From: Macrostomum lignano
Taxonomy: Eukaryota
Length of the DNA stretch: 64,000 bases
Direction of reading: 5' to 3'
NCBI GenBank assembly: GCA_002269645.1
Contig: NIVC01003580.1
Coordinates: 25,983 to 89,982 of the forward strand
The notes under the pieces are model-generated. The model was not told the origin of the DNA and searched no databases. It saw only the letters and a list, made by a program, of their open reading frames with translations. Positions 12,650 to 23,786 of this stretch are shown one piece after another; the first letter of the stretch is position 1; every line of letters begins with the position of its first letter. The translations under genes and the position numbers were made by a program.

Positions 12650-13470
12650 TAAATGTCTGTTATATTCAAGTTTGCATTGATAAAATCAACCTCTATGTCG
12701 ATGAAGAATCCCTTACCCAAAAGCCAAAACCCCTTATCTTATCCAATTCTACAGTGGTGGATCTTAAGGGGGGGCCAAGGGGTCCATGGCCCTCCCTCAG
12801 CTGCCTCGAAAAAAAATTCTGCTCTTGGCCTTTGGCCTCTTTCTAAGTAAAGAAAGGGCTTGGGCCTTGGGGTGGGTTCCTACTTGGGGCAGTATGAAAA
12901 AAGTTGACTCCCCCTCAAGAAATTTCTGGATCTATGCCTGCCATTCTATGCCCCAATAGTTGGTCATTGACCTTTTTTGTAAGGATCAATCTCTTTTTCC
13001 CCGAGTTTGGAATTTATCAACACCTTCTTAATTAGATCTCTAGGCCTCTATTTAAGTTTTTGTTGATAAAATCAACCCCTATCAAAGATCTCCCACCTAT
13101 AAACCCCCTGTTCCCCATGCCCCAATATTTGGTCATTGACCTTATGGTAGGCCCTAGGGTTTAACCCCCCTCCCAGGTCTGGAATTTATCAACACCATCT
13201 TGAATAGGTCTCCATGCCTCTATTAAAGTTTATGTTGATAAAATCAACCCCCATGAAAAATCCCTTATCCTAAAAACCCCCATCCTATTCCTCATGTCCA
13301 AGTGTTTGGTCATTGACCTTTTGGTAAGGTCTACCCCTCCACTGAGTCTGGAATTTATCAACACTATCTTGAATAGGTCTCTATGCCTCTATTCAAGTTT
13401 ATGTTGATAAAATCAATCCCCATAAAGAATCCCCCCACACTAAAACCCCCTATTCCCCATGCCCCAGTGT
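12650..13470. repeat. Diverged ~170-bp tandem repeat (about 4 units)
   Basis: TTGATAAAATCAA recurs at ~12677, 13063, 13235 and 13404, with shared GGTCATTGACC and GGAATTTATCAACAC segments. Confidence 0.75.
12752..12940. mobile_element. Probable decayed MITE inserted in the first 170-bp unit
   Basis: Ends CAGTGGTGGATCT... and ...CTGGATCTATGCCTG are imperfect inverted termini, and the insert interrupts the repeat period. Confidence 0.4.
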
Positions 13471-16419
13471 TTGGTTTTAAGTATCTACATAAAGTTGGGT
13501 TGAAACTACCAAAAAATAAAGCTCAAATTTGAAATCAGCACTATCAAAAACTCCTATAAAGACAAAATTATGCTCCTGTTAAAATTGCAACTAAATTTAT
13601 CAACATAAACTTGAAGAAGTCCTATTATATTACTATATAATAGCTATTAGGCCTAATACAAGGTGCATATTCTTTTTTTCTTGGCACACGTGCACTTTTT
13701 TATGGGAGCATGAGAAATGCCAACAGTGCAATTTGCCCATAAGTGAATTGCCTACCTAGTTTTTTTCCTGCCAAGGCTTATCCACAATGTTTTTTACCTA
13801 TAGCTTATTTGGCAGCTAGATTCTGTCTACATTGCCTCTCCCAAAAAATATGCATTTGATATGCAGTAGCCAGTACTATAAAAAAAAATTGATTGTGTAA
13901 ATCTTTTTTATATTAAGACTTATTTAGGATTGGGGAGGCAATGCAGACAAAATCTGCCAAGTGGCTAAATAGGCCTACGCTACAGGAAAAAAGCATTGCG
14001 GGTAAATCTTGGTAGGCAATTCATCTGTGGGCAATTCTCATGGACCCCTCTTTTACTTGGTGCACAGTGCACAATTAAAATTTTGACTAGGGATTTTTTG
14101 CAGCATATATGGCGCACCTTCCTAATAATACATGCCTAATACCTATTTAACCTATCTGAACGGGATAGGTGAAATGGCTACTAGCCAAGGTAAGTCGCAA
14201 AATCAAAAACACAAAAAATGAAAAATTGGGGGAAAAAAGGAGGAAGAGCCAAGCGGTCAAAAGGAGAAGAGAGAGAGAAGAAAGAGAAGAGAGAAAGAAA
14301 AGAAAAGAAAAGAGAAAAAGGCAAGAAAAGTCATATACAAAGTGAAAATTGTCCCAATCAAGAGGAACTAAGTTGCAATTAGGAGAAACTAAGTCAAATC
14401 TGCAGCCATTATTTCAAATTCGTCTTTTTGTTTCTATAGAAATGCGACAATGGATCGAGAAAATTTCTCGAACCGAATTCCAGAATCAGATCACGGTTCT
14501 GGAACCGATTCTGAAAACGGAACAGACAATATGAAAAGCGTCGAACCGATTCTGGATCTGGAATCGGTAATATGAAAAGGATAGCTAGTTGTCGTGGTAA
14601 AAAAATTAGTCAACAAACAAATATTAAATTATTATCACAATAAAACAAAATTAACGCAATTTTTCAGCTAAGACACGCCTTAGAGAAAAAGCAAATTGTA
14701 ATTTTTTTAGAAATTTTTAATAAAAATTTTAAGGTCATATGAACTTTCTGTATATATTTGCATTTTCTGCAGATTTCCAGGGCTATTAACAAAAGGCTTT
14801 TGACGAAATGTCCGTACATGTTCTGCAGTGACGTCATCTGTACGCAAGGTTGTGATATATTGCATCAAGACTAATAAATTCGGAACTCTAAGTTTTTAAT
14901 AGTCATGCAAAGCCGCGAGGACATCATAAGCCGACGAATAAAGAGTGTATTTCTTGAAAACCAATTAATCAGGGCCCATAAAATTATGAAAATGATATCC
15001 AATGCATTCATTTGTGTCGAATTGCAGTGCATATTATACATGCAGTGCATGTATTTCGAATGCGCAACGTACATGTAACTCTCACACCTGGGGAAAAGGC
15101 AAGGCAATGTGATGGGTTTCGGCCTTTTCGGCCCCTTCGTGAAGCCTTCGGGCCTCAGGTCTCAGAAAATAAATCAATTATAAGAGTCCTGGCCCCCCAC
15201 TCCTGTCAGATGGTCAGCCCCATGGTAGCTTGATCTTGTGGCGAGCAGTCTAGGTCCTATAGCTAAGAGAGGGACAGCAGCGAGAGACAAGTAGGGAATT
15301 TTGAAGGTAGAGATCAGCTATACTAATCCGCAGATTAAGCTTACCCGCTGCCACCAGCCCGTGCGTCCTGGCTCACCAAACCGGAACTTTCGAAATCGGG
15401 CTTCCGACTAGAGGGGGCTTAATTAGCACTTACCTGCCAACTAGTGTCTTTTTGCTGTCAATCTCGAAGTCATAGCCGATGTTAAGGGACACCGCTGGGA
15501 CTTGCATGATCGCATTGGCCATGCAGATACAGCTAGAGGGGACTTGTGCAGGGGATTCTTGCAGTGGCGAGACTATGGGGTAGCTACATGTACTATTACA
15601 TTGTTAAATACGAGGAATTGTACTTTTGGCCTTCAACGCGCCAACCAGCCTCTCCTGGCGCTGATAACTCGAACCTCAGAGACCGCATGATTCATTACGC
15701 GAGCCGCTTGGCGAACCTAGAGTGCACAAAGTACGTCATTTCTAGCGCCGATTCTGCACTACTGGCAGTTTCGCTAACTGATTCGATAGATTGATCGACT
15801 GAGAACTGCCTTGCCATTGGTCCACATGACCGACGCCTACTAGCTTAGCCACTCATCTGAGCCATCGGCGAACAAAGAAATAAAACCGATAAAAATAACT
15901 GTCAGATTTAACCTTCTCCTTGAATCACTTCACACTTCAGATTGATTTGGAGTTTTAGACTACTAACAGTATTGAACGATTTCTGCCTCGATAACAGCAC
16001 TGCTGAACAAAATGAGCAAAAGTGTGCGCCTAATCCAGCTACTGAAATAGGGGACAGATGAGGAATCACCCAATCAAGCAAGTCTAGGTAGCCTCTCACC
16101 CAACCAATCAGAAACTCAACTGCAGCCGGAGACCAGGTAATCCACAGTGACCGAATCGGCTCAGTGCTTCGCAGCTGTAGGCCCGGGATGATGCTGATGT
16201 CACAATCTTCGCAGATAGCTAGCAGGTGATGTTCATAATCTTGATGCTCGCTGCTGACGACCGGGGGATTCATCCTTGATGATGATGGTGGGAGTCGCGA
16301 TCCGGGGATCAAGAGACGACGGTCGAGCTCCAGGAGGTCTAAGTTAGGCCAAAGTCCCAGGAGGCGGAGCAGGAGGTTCCAGAGAGCGGCACCAGGTGTT
16401 GGGTCCGAGCGGGCCAAAA

Positions 16420-16535
16420 ACTCGGTTTAAATAGCCGCCAACTGGACCGCAGTTTGTTATAATGGAACACCTCGATTCTGATTGGCTGAGCCGTTTGTTA
16501 TAACGCACGTCGAATTTTCTGATTGGCTGAGCTTG
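16420..16535 (-). promoter_or_regulatory. Promoter-like module: two tandem CCAAT boxes and a TATA-like TATTTAAA
   Basis: CTGATTGGCTGAG occurs twice within a ~40-bp duplication. On the minus strand it precedes CTATTTAAA and ORF 15908..16417. Confidence 0.3.
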
Positions 16536-19500
16536 TTGCCACCCAAACTCACGTGACCAAGAGATCCTATCAGTTCCCTCGGGGCCATAAAAATACGACA
16601 GGTGCGGTCATAAATCACTCAAAATCGCTAATTTATGACCTTTCGCGTAGAAATGACAAAAATTAATGAATAAATATACACTAGAAAGCTCTTATTAAGT
16701 AGAAAGTGAAGATAATGAAGAGAAATCGCTAATCGCTAATCCCAACGTACTTTTAGGGGTAAAACGCATAGCTGTCAAAGCTGTCGCACGCTTGAGTGAA
16801 CACGAACAATAGGCCCTGACCTCATAAATCTTGATGGCCTGTCAAAATGATGAGAAAAAAGCCACCGCCCGCATCCCTCAGACCATCTGGTGCCAGCCCC
16901 AGCACTGAGTGAGGTGCAGGTGGCTGTCAGACCAGCTCAGACGCAATGATTTATGACCCAAAAGCAGCAAAAAACCGTGCCTATGTTATTATAACTACAA
17001 GTATGGCAGATTAATATAGCTACAGAAGTCCTACTAATAGAATGAATTCTAGAAAAATTCCAAAAGAGGGAGAAAAACGCCCATAGCTTGCTGTTAGTAG
17101 GCTAGCAAGTTTGGAACCCATGTGCGAGCGTGAAATTTGGAAAAAAGTGCGTCCTCATCAAAAGTTAATAATTATTACACATGCACTGTATGTACGTCTT
17201 GCTAAATCTTCTCTGGAAAGTCCCGCACGTAGCCACATAGAGCATCTGCTTGACGACCGTTTTAATCTCCATTAATATCAGAATAAGCTATTTAGTGGTG
17301 CACACTATAGCTACAGATCATTGATTTTTATTTCCAACATGGGAATGAATTGAGCCATCAAAACTCTGTCCTCGACGATCGATCTATAGCCATTATACAT
17401 CTACCCTCTTTACTGAAGTGCGTTTGGCTAAAGAAGCAGAAGCCATATGGTACATAGCACACGATTTTTGTAGTTCGGCGCGCGCATATGAAGCATTAAT
17501 TCACTTAATTAATGCATGTTTTAATGTACTTAATTGCAATCCATGCTATTTTATGAACTGAACCTAAGTGATCGTAAAATGTGACTTTTTTCTAGTAGGT
17601 TTTCTGGGTGAAAATTGGTAAATAAATCTAGTTAATTAAAAGTACATGTGTAGCAAGGTAACGCGTTGTTTTGCAGGCTTAATTTCGATGACAAAGGGGG
17701 ATTGTTAGAGTGCACTAGTATGCATATAATTTATTTTACTTTTAAAAAGGTAAAAAGTAAGCAATTTACTTTCAACAGCTAATTAATACACTTTTTTTAA
17801 AAACTGGTATAACTAAAGCGGAAATTGTCGCTTTAATTAGCAGGTTAAATCTCGCACAGTCGAGAATATGCAAGGGTGTATATATGAGTTAAGTAAGCTT
17901 CCAGAAATGGTTTGACGGAGAAGCAGGGAGAAGGTCGCAAAGAGCAAGATCCCGCCACTAGAAGGTCTCTGATTTAGATCGTTTAGGAGTACATATAAAT
18001 ATAAATTATAAAAAATCAATTTTAAACAAGAATAATGAAATTTAAACAATTTGCTGTTAATTCCGATGAAAACAATTAACAATAACAAAGTCGAGCTGTG
18101 TTTGTATATGGCGACGAGAAAATTTCTAACAATTTAAATTTTTTGTAGGGAAAATTTGAAAATCTGATTTTTACAAGTTCACTGACAATAAATAGCGGCA
18201 ATTGCATAAATATTTGTATAAACCAGCCTATAAATTCTATAAACACACAAGTGAACATGAAAAAACTAATTTCGAACGGTTGCAGTTGAAATTTATAATA
18301 CGCGTAAGTGGCAAGGCAATCTTCAAGAATCGTTCACTAAACTCAATTCAAATTCGCGCCAAAGTACATTCAACAATCGTTAAACACCCTAAAAACTATA
18401 TTTTAAACACTGGCCTTATATGATTTATTAAATCAGAAAACTGCTTATACTATTTACTCGTAAGTATTGGGCTTAGGGGTTTAAAAAAATATTTAGATTG
18501 TTTAAAGGGTGTTTAATGATTTTTACCAATGTCAATCTTTGGAGCGGATTTGAATTGCACGGGTATAGTTAAACAAATTATTCTTAAAGACCGCCATGTG
18601 AGTCGCCATCGAAAAGGTGTTACTATTTCACCTGTTCGATTGTTGCTAGTAACTGTTTCTAGTAGTTTTAAACACATTCGCTTTTTGGGACAAAGCAGGA
18701 GTAAGCCTTAATATGCGTTCGGCTAGTAGAGTAGGGCAGAATTCAGCAAAAATCCATTTTAATCAATCAAAACATCAGCAGCTGAGCTATGTATAATATA
18801 CTACAAAGCCAAAAGCAATTTGGGGCTCATTAATTAATGCTAAAAATAGCTAGAATAGCTTTTGATTTCATTATTTATAGGTTTGATTGATAGAAATGTT
18901 TTTTTATTTTTTTTAAATCTCCATAAACGGTTATTTTTGGACCCTAAATTAAAATAAATGGTTAAGAGACAGTGCTTTGCAGTTGAGAAAACAACCAACT
19001 TAAGTATATACCCTATATAATTTTCAAGAAATCGAACATTTTAACGCGTTTAGAAATTAGACGAAAGCGACTCGAGTCTAAGGAATTGGAAAGGGAGATT
19101 TTATTTCGATTACTTAATTTATCCGTTTTTTTGTCGACGAAGTTTGAAACTCAATCTGCCCGTTCCAATTCTTCGACGGCGAGTAGAAGCACTTGTTAAA
19201 GGATTAGCGTTTTAGTGTTGTAGTTTTAACAGAAGCGAGCCTACCGCGGGAAATTTAAAAACACGGAACAATATAATAAGCAAGGTACTCGTAATTTTAG
19301 CATTAAAGTCTAAGCTTAAGCTTTTGGTAGATACTCAATTAATTAACGACGACAGCTGTTGAATGAATCTGAAATTGGTGACAAAGTTACCTGTAGTTCA
19401 GAGCTAGCTGCTAAAAATGCCGAGAAACCCATGCACCCACATGAAACCACTGTAGAAGGGAATCAAATATACCTTTTCAACTTCGGATTCGTCAAAAGTG

Positions 19501-19719
19501 GGTTCAAATTCGTCGTCAGAGTATGCAAAACTATATAGCGCTCAAGGGGAAGAGAATGCGTGTCTATGGTAAGTTTTTAGAGAAAGTGACTCCGAGTTCG
19601 TCCAAGTAAGTGAAATTCGTCAGTGCAAATACAGCAGCCTGATCAGTCTTCATTTCATGCTTTGATTGTTGTCAGAGATGCCCTACATGTATACATGAGA
19701 TGCCCTACATGAGAATTAC

Positions 19720-19986
19720 ATGAGACAACTCGCAATCGAACTGGATATCAAGAGGACAACTGTCAGTGACATCATCAGGAGATATGTATATGAGGGTAGG
19801 ATTGATCTTAACGCGCATGGAGGTGCAGTGAGACCAAAGTTTTCTGAGGAGATGCTCGGGGCGTTGACGAGGTATGTGGAAGAGAAGCCGACTGTGACCC
19901 TCAAGAAATGCAGCAAAAAGCTTGTTGGAGATTTTCCTGCTGCTCCTGCTGTGACAACGCATGCAGGCAATCAGTCGTCGGCTTGA
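19720..19986 (+). pseudogene. Tc1/IS630-like transposase HTH fragment
   Basis: MRQLAIELDIKRTTVSDIIRRY..EGR....HGGAVRPKFSEE....L..YVEEKPTVTL resembles the HTH-GGxRPxK-HTH N-terminus. No DDE domain. Confidence 0.6.
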
Positions 19987-20273
19987 CGGGACTTTGTGCC
20001 CGTTACTGATTTAGTTACTGATTAAAGACCTTTTGCGATTTTAAGTCTGTTTTCCTGTTCTGTTTGTTCTTTTGCTGTTGTGCTTTCATTGTTTAGCAAT
20101 TTGACGATCATTATTCACATTTTTAATGCAGAACAATCCATTTTACTACAAACAAATGCATTGTCTGTAGGATCGTCAAACAGAAAAACAAAGCAAAGAA
20201 TCAGCGGTCGCAGCACGTGACAACGATTTGTCTATGGCTCGCGCCTACCGGCGCTCGCCAGAGAATCGTTGTC

Positions 20274-20650
20274 ACCATGGATGAATGAATAGAATGGATT
20301 GCTATTCTGGCTCTGGCTATTTTCGTTTTTGACTCTTTTGCATCCGGTTCCCCCCCGTGCCTTTTCATTGGTTGATGATTGCCATAGACAATTTTCGGCC
20401 TTCGCCCCTTTCTTTCGATGCACAAGCGCAAAGAACTGAGAATTTCAACAAAGTTCAATTTCAACACAAGTAACTTCTATTTACTAACAAGAAAGCGCTT
20501 GTGCATCGAAAGAAAGGGGCAAAGGCCGAAAATTGTCTATGGCAATCATCAACCAATGAAAAGGCACGGGGGAGAACTGGATGCAAAAGAGTCAAAAACG
20601 AAAATAGCCAGAGCCAGAATAGCAATCCATTCTATTCATTCATCCATGGT
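20274..20650. mobile_element. Foldback/MITE-like palindrome, 156-bp arms and 65-bp loop
   Basis: 20274-20429 and 20495-20650 are near-perfect reverse complements; the mirrored ORFs on both strands show this too. Confidence 0.85.
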
Positions 20651-20873
20651 TGTCACGCACTGGGACCGCTGATTATTTATCCATTGTTGACAGTACACAC
20701 AGGTTGCACTGACGAATTTCACTTACTTAGATAAATTCGAAGTTACTTTCTCTAAAAACTTACCATAGACACTCATTCTCTTCCCCTTGAGCGCTATATA
20801 GTTTTGCATACGATGACGAATTTGAACTCACTTTTGACGAATCGGAAGTTGAAAAGGTATACTAAATTTCTTT

Positions 20874-21129
<256 letters not shown>

Positions 21130-23786
21130 ACAGCAATAGTATTTAGCTCGTAAAATTCAACGCTTCTCTCACCTGCTATCAGCTGCTCAGAAGCAGACAG
21201 ATTCACTGATGCAGAAGTTGCCAGCTTCACGCACACTCAGCATTAGTTACTGGCGCCGTCTGCAAAAGTACAATTAGGAGTTTTAAATTTAGCACTTGCA
21301 TCCCTGTGTCTGCAATCCAGATCTTCCAGTTAGTGCGTGCATGATGCAGATAGTTTTCCAAAATTCAGAGCGTTATAAAAATCATATAGGGTTAGCTCAG
21401 CACAACAAAAAATTCTCACAAATTTTTAAGCATTGTTGCTGCGTGAGTGACAGCTTTTTTAGAACAAACACAGGAAAATGCGGGCAATTCTGCAGTGTGT
21501 ATGGTAATCATGCCAATAGTTCTTTGTCCGTGAAAACGTAAAAAACGGGCATTGATGCTACAGACACTGAGAACTGAAAAGCATTAGCAATCGGTAGATA
21601 GTTGTAGCTGAAAGCACTGAACCCCGGGATGTCACGTGCGAGACTCTTGAGACTGTATGAAACTCACTAAGAATCTGTTTGGCCCTCTGCTGTCAACCTG
21701 CCGTTATTATAAGCATTCTAGGTGATTTAGACAAGATATGAAAGAGTGAGGACGAGATTGGAGTGCTAGAACCTGTGTATGCATCGCAACAATGTTTGGA
21801 CTGTATGGTCTCGGCAGAGTAAAGCGCGGTGGGAATCGGGAATTAATTAAAACTGATGCCCCCCAATCCAATGAGACCTCGGGCGGCGTCGGAACTCACT
21901 GTACTCTTCGGGAATGCCTTGAGCAAGAAAGTGGTCGTGCTCTCGAGAGTTCTGAACGTCTCGCCTGCTAATATATCGCTGAATCTCATCAAAGCTTCTC
22001 GCCTAATGATATGATGGAGAATCTCACAGTGGACGAACAGCCAACGGACAGCTGCATAATTTTTAGTGTTAGGTATACTGCTGCTGCGCGGCATCGCTTG
22101 CTCGGGAGGCTGGCTGCTCATGAAGCCCTGAGCTTGCAGGCTCAGAGCCTTGCCAGGACTCACCGGCGTTGAGGTCTCAGTGGGAACAGTTGTCAGCAGC
22201 AGCAACAATGTTGTCCGACATTTTCCACTTCTTCTCCAGTGTTTGGAGGACAGCTTATAGCTGGAGTGGTGGCGCAGGATTAGCCGCTGTCTCGCTGGTG
22301 ATCACTCGCGTGTCGAGATTAAAGTTCAGGGCAAGGAATCTGGCGAAGAAACGTGCTTCGACTGAGTTAAGCTGCGTCTCGCCTGCTTAGATGGCGCCTG
22401 GAATCCACAAAAGCTTTCCCAATGAGGAGATGATGGAGGACTCGACGAGGGACGAATGAGCAATGCGAGCAGCTGCTGTTTTTTTAGTATGCAGCAGCGC
22501 GGCTCGATCTTGTCGGGAGGTGGGCCTCGAAGCCCAATAGAGATTCAAGGCCATAAAGAGCACTTGGCCAGGACTGGCGACCGGGGCTGATTGGATTCGA
22601 GTGGGAAATGCAGATGAGGCAAGGGGATACACGGCAATGGGAAGAGAAACTGGATCAGAAAGGTTTTGGGTATAGCCAGTGAGAGAAGGTATTGCGCTTG
22701 TTCACTGCCGAGACCACACAGACACGGGGAGAGAGAGAGCTAGACAGAATCATACAGAAGCCAATAATCTGACGTGTTTCTTTCCACAAGCAGTTCAACG
22801 AAGAGCAAACATACTGCAACCAGGGCAAGTGCAGTGAAAGCAGACTAAAGCAAATTGAAGCTGTGGTGGGTGTCGGAGGAATAGAAGAATTCAATCAAAT
22901 CAAAGCTACATCAATCTACTAAGCTGCACAGAACAAATGCGTTCAACAATGGCGTTGGGTGAAATCTGATTTCAGAGTTGCAAGAAATTTTCCAGTAACG
23001 AAATGAAACGGTAATTAAGGTCAGTAGGTCAAGAGACCACAGGACACAGCGCTCAAAGGAAGGCAGAGTAAAATTTCTTACAATAACGATCCAAGCGACC
23101 TCGGCTTAACACATTTTGACAACTGACACTGACAATAGACTGCATGCTGAATGATGTCTTATGTGGTGAGAGTGATATGCTGATCTAATTGAGTTAGCTG
23201 CTCTCCATTGACTAATTATCGACCTTATTTAGCATCAATTTGGATGGGACACTTGAAAAAATCATAGACGGTAGACAACAACACTAAAATACTAAAGGAG
23301 AATTTAACAAAGGAGCAACAACATACAATTTTGGATAGAAATGCAGGCATATCTAGCAATAAACACATAGCAATCTCTGTGCACATCTGGATGCGATTAC
23401 GAATCAATTCTAAATAATCGAAAATTGAAACGAAACGAAGTGAACTGAAAACGGAATAAGCTTCTCAATACAACAACAGGCGTAGGCAGTGCGAAGGAAA
23501 TAAAAAAGCAAAACAGAAAGGCTGTGATTCGACAAGCTAACTACGAGTAAAACAAAGACGGATAAGTGCGAGGAAAGAAGCACGGCAAAAATAAACACAC
23601 ATATATAAACGAAAATTCAATATCTATCAACGGGTACCTGACTGAGTATGTCAAGCTGACCGAATGTTTCGAGAATGGAGAATAGCTGAGAGCGAGTCGA
23701 GGCTAGGGGCATAGGTGGGACATGGATCAATGGGCTGGGGAGGCGGAAGAGTGGGACGTGGAGGGGGATGCAGAGACTCGCACTGG

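Larger units (their letters stand above)
19468..20861 (+). mobile_element. Tc1/IS630-like DNA transposon relic bounded by ~160-bp inverted repeats
   Basis: 19468-19628 is an imperfect reverse complement of 20704-20861, with TA at both outer ends. A transposase HTH fragment lies inside. Confidence 0.7.

Noticed and set aside
18320-18590. Degenerate inverted repeat (CAATTCAAATTCGCGCCAAAG / CTTTGGAGCGGATTTGAATTG)
   Set aside because: Probably an old MITE, but too decayed to define ends or a target-site duplication.
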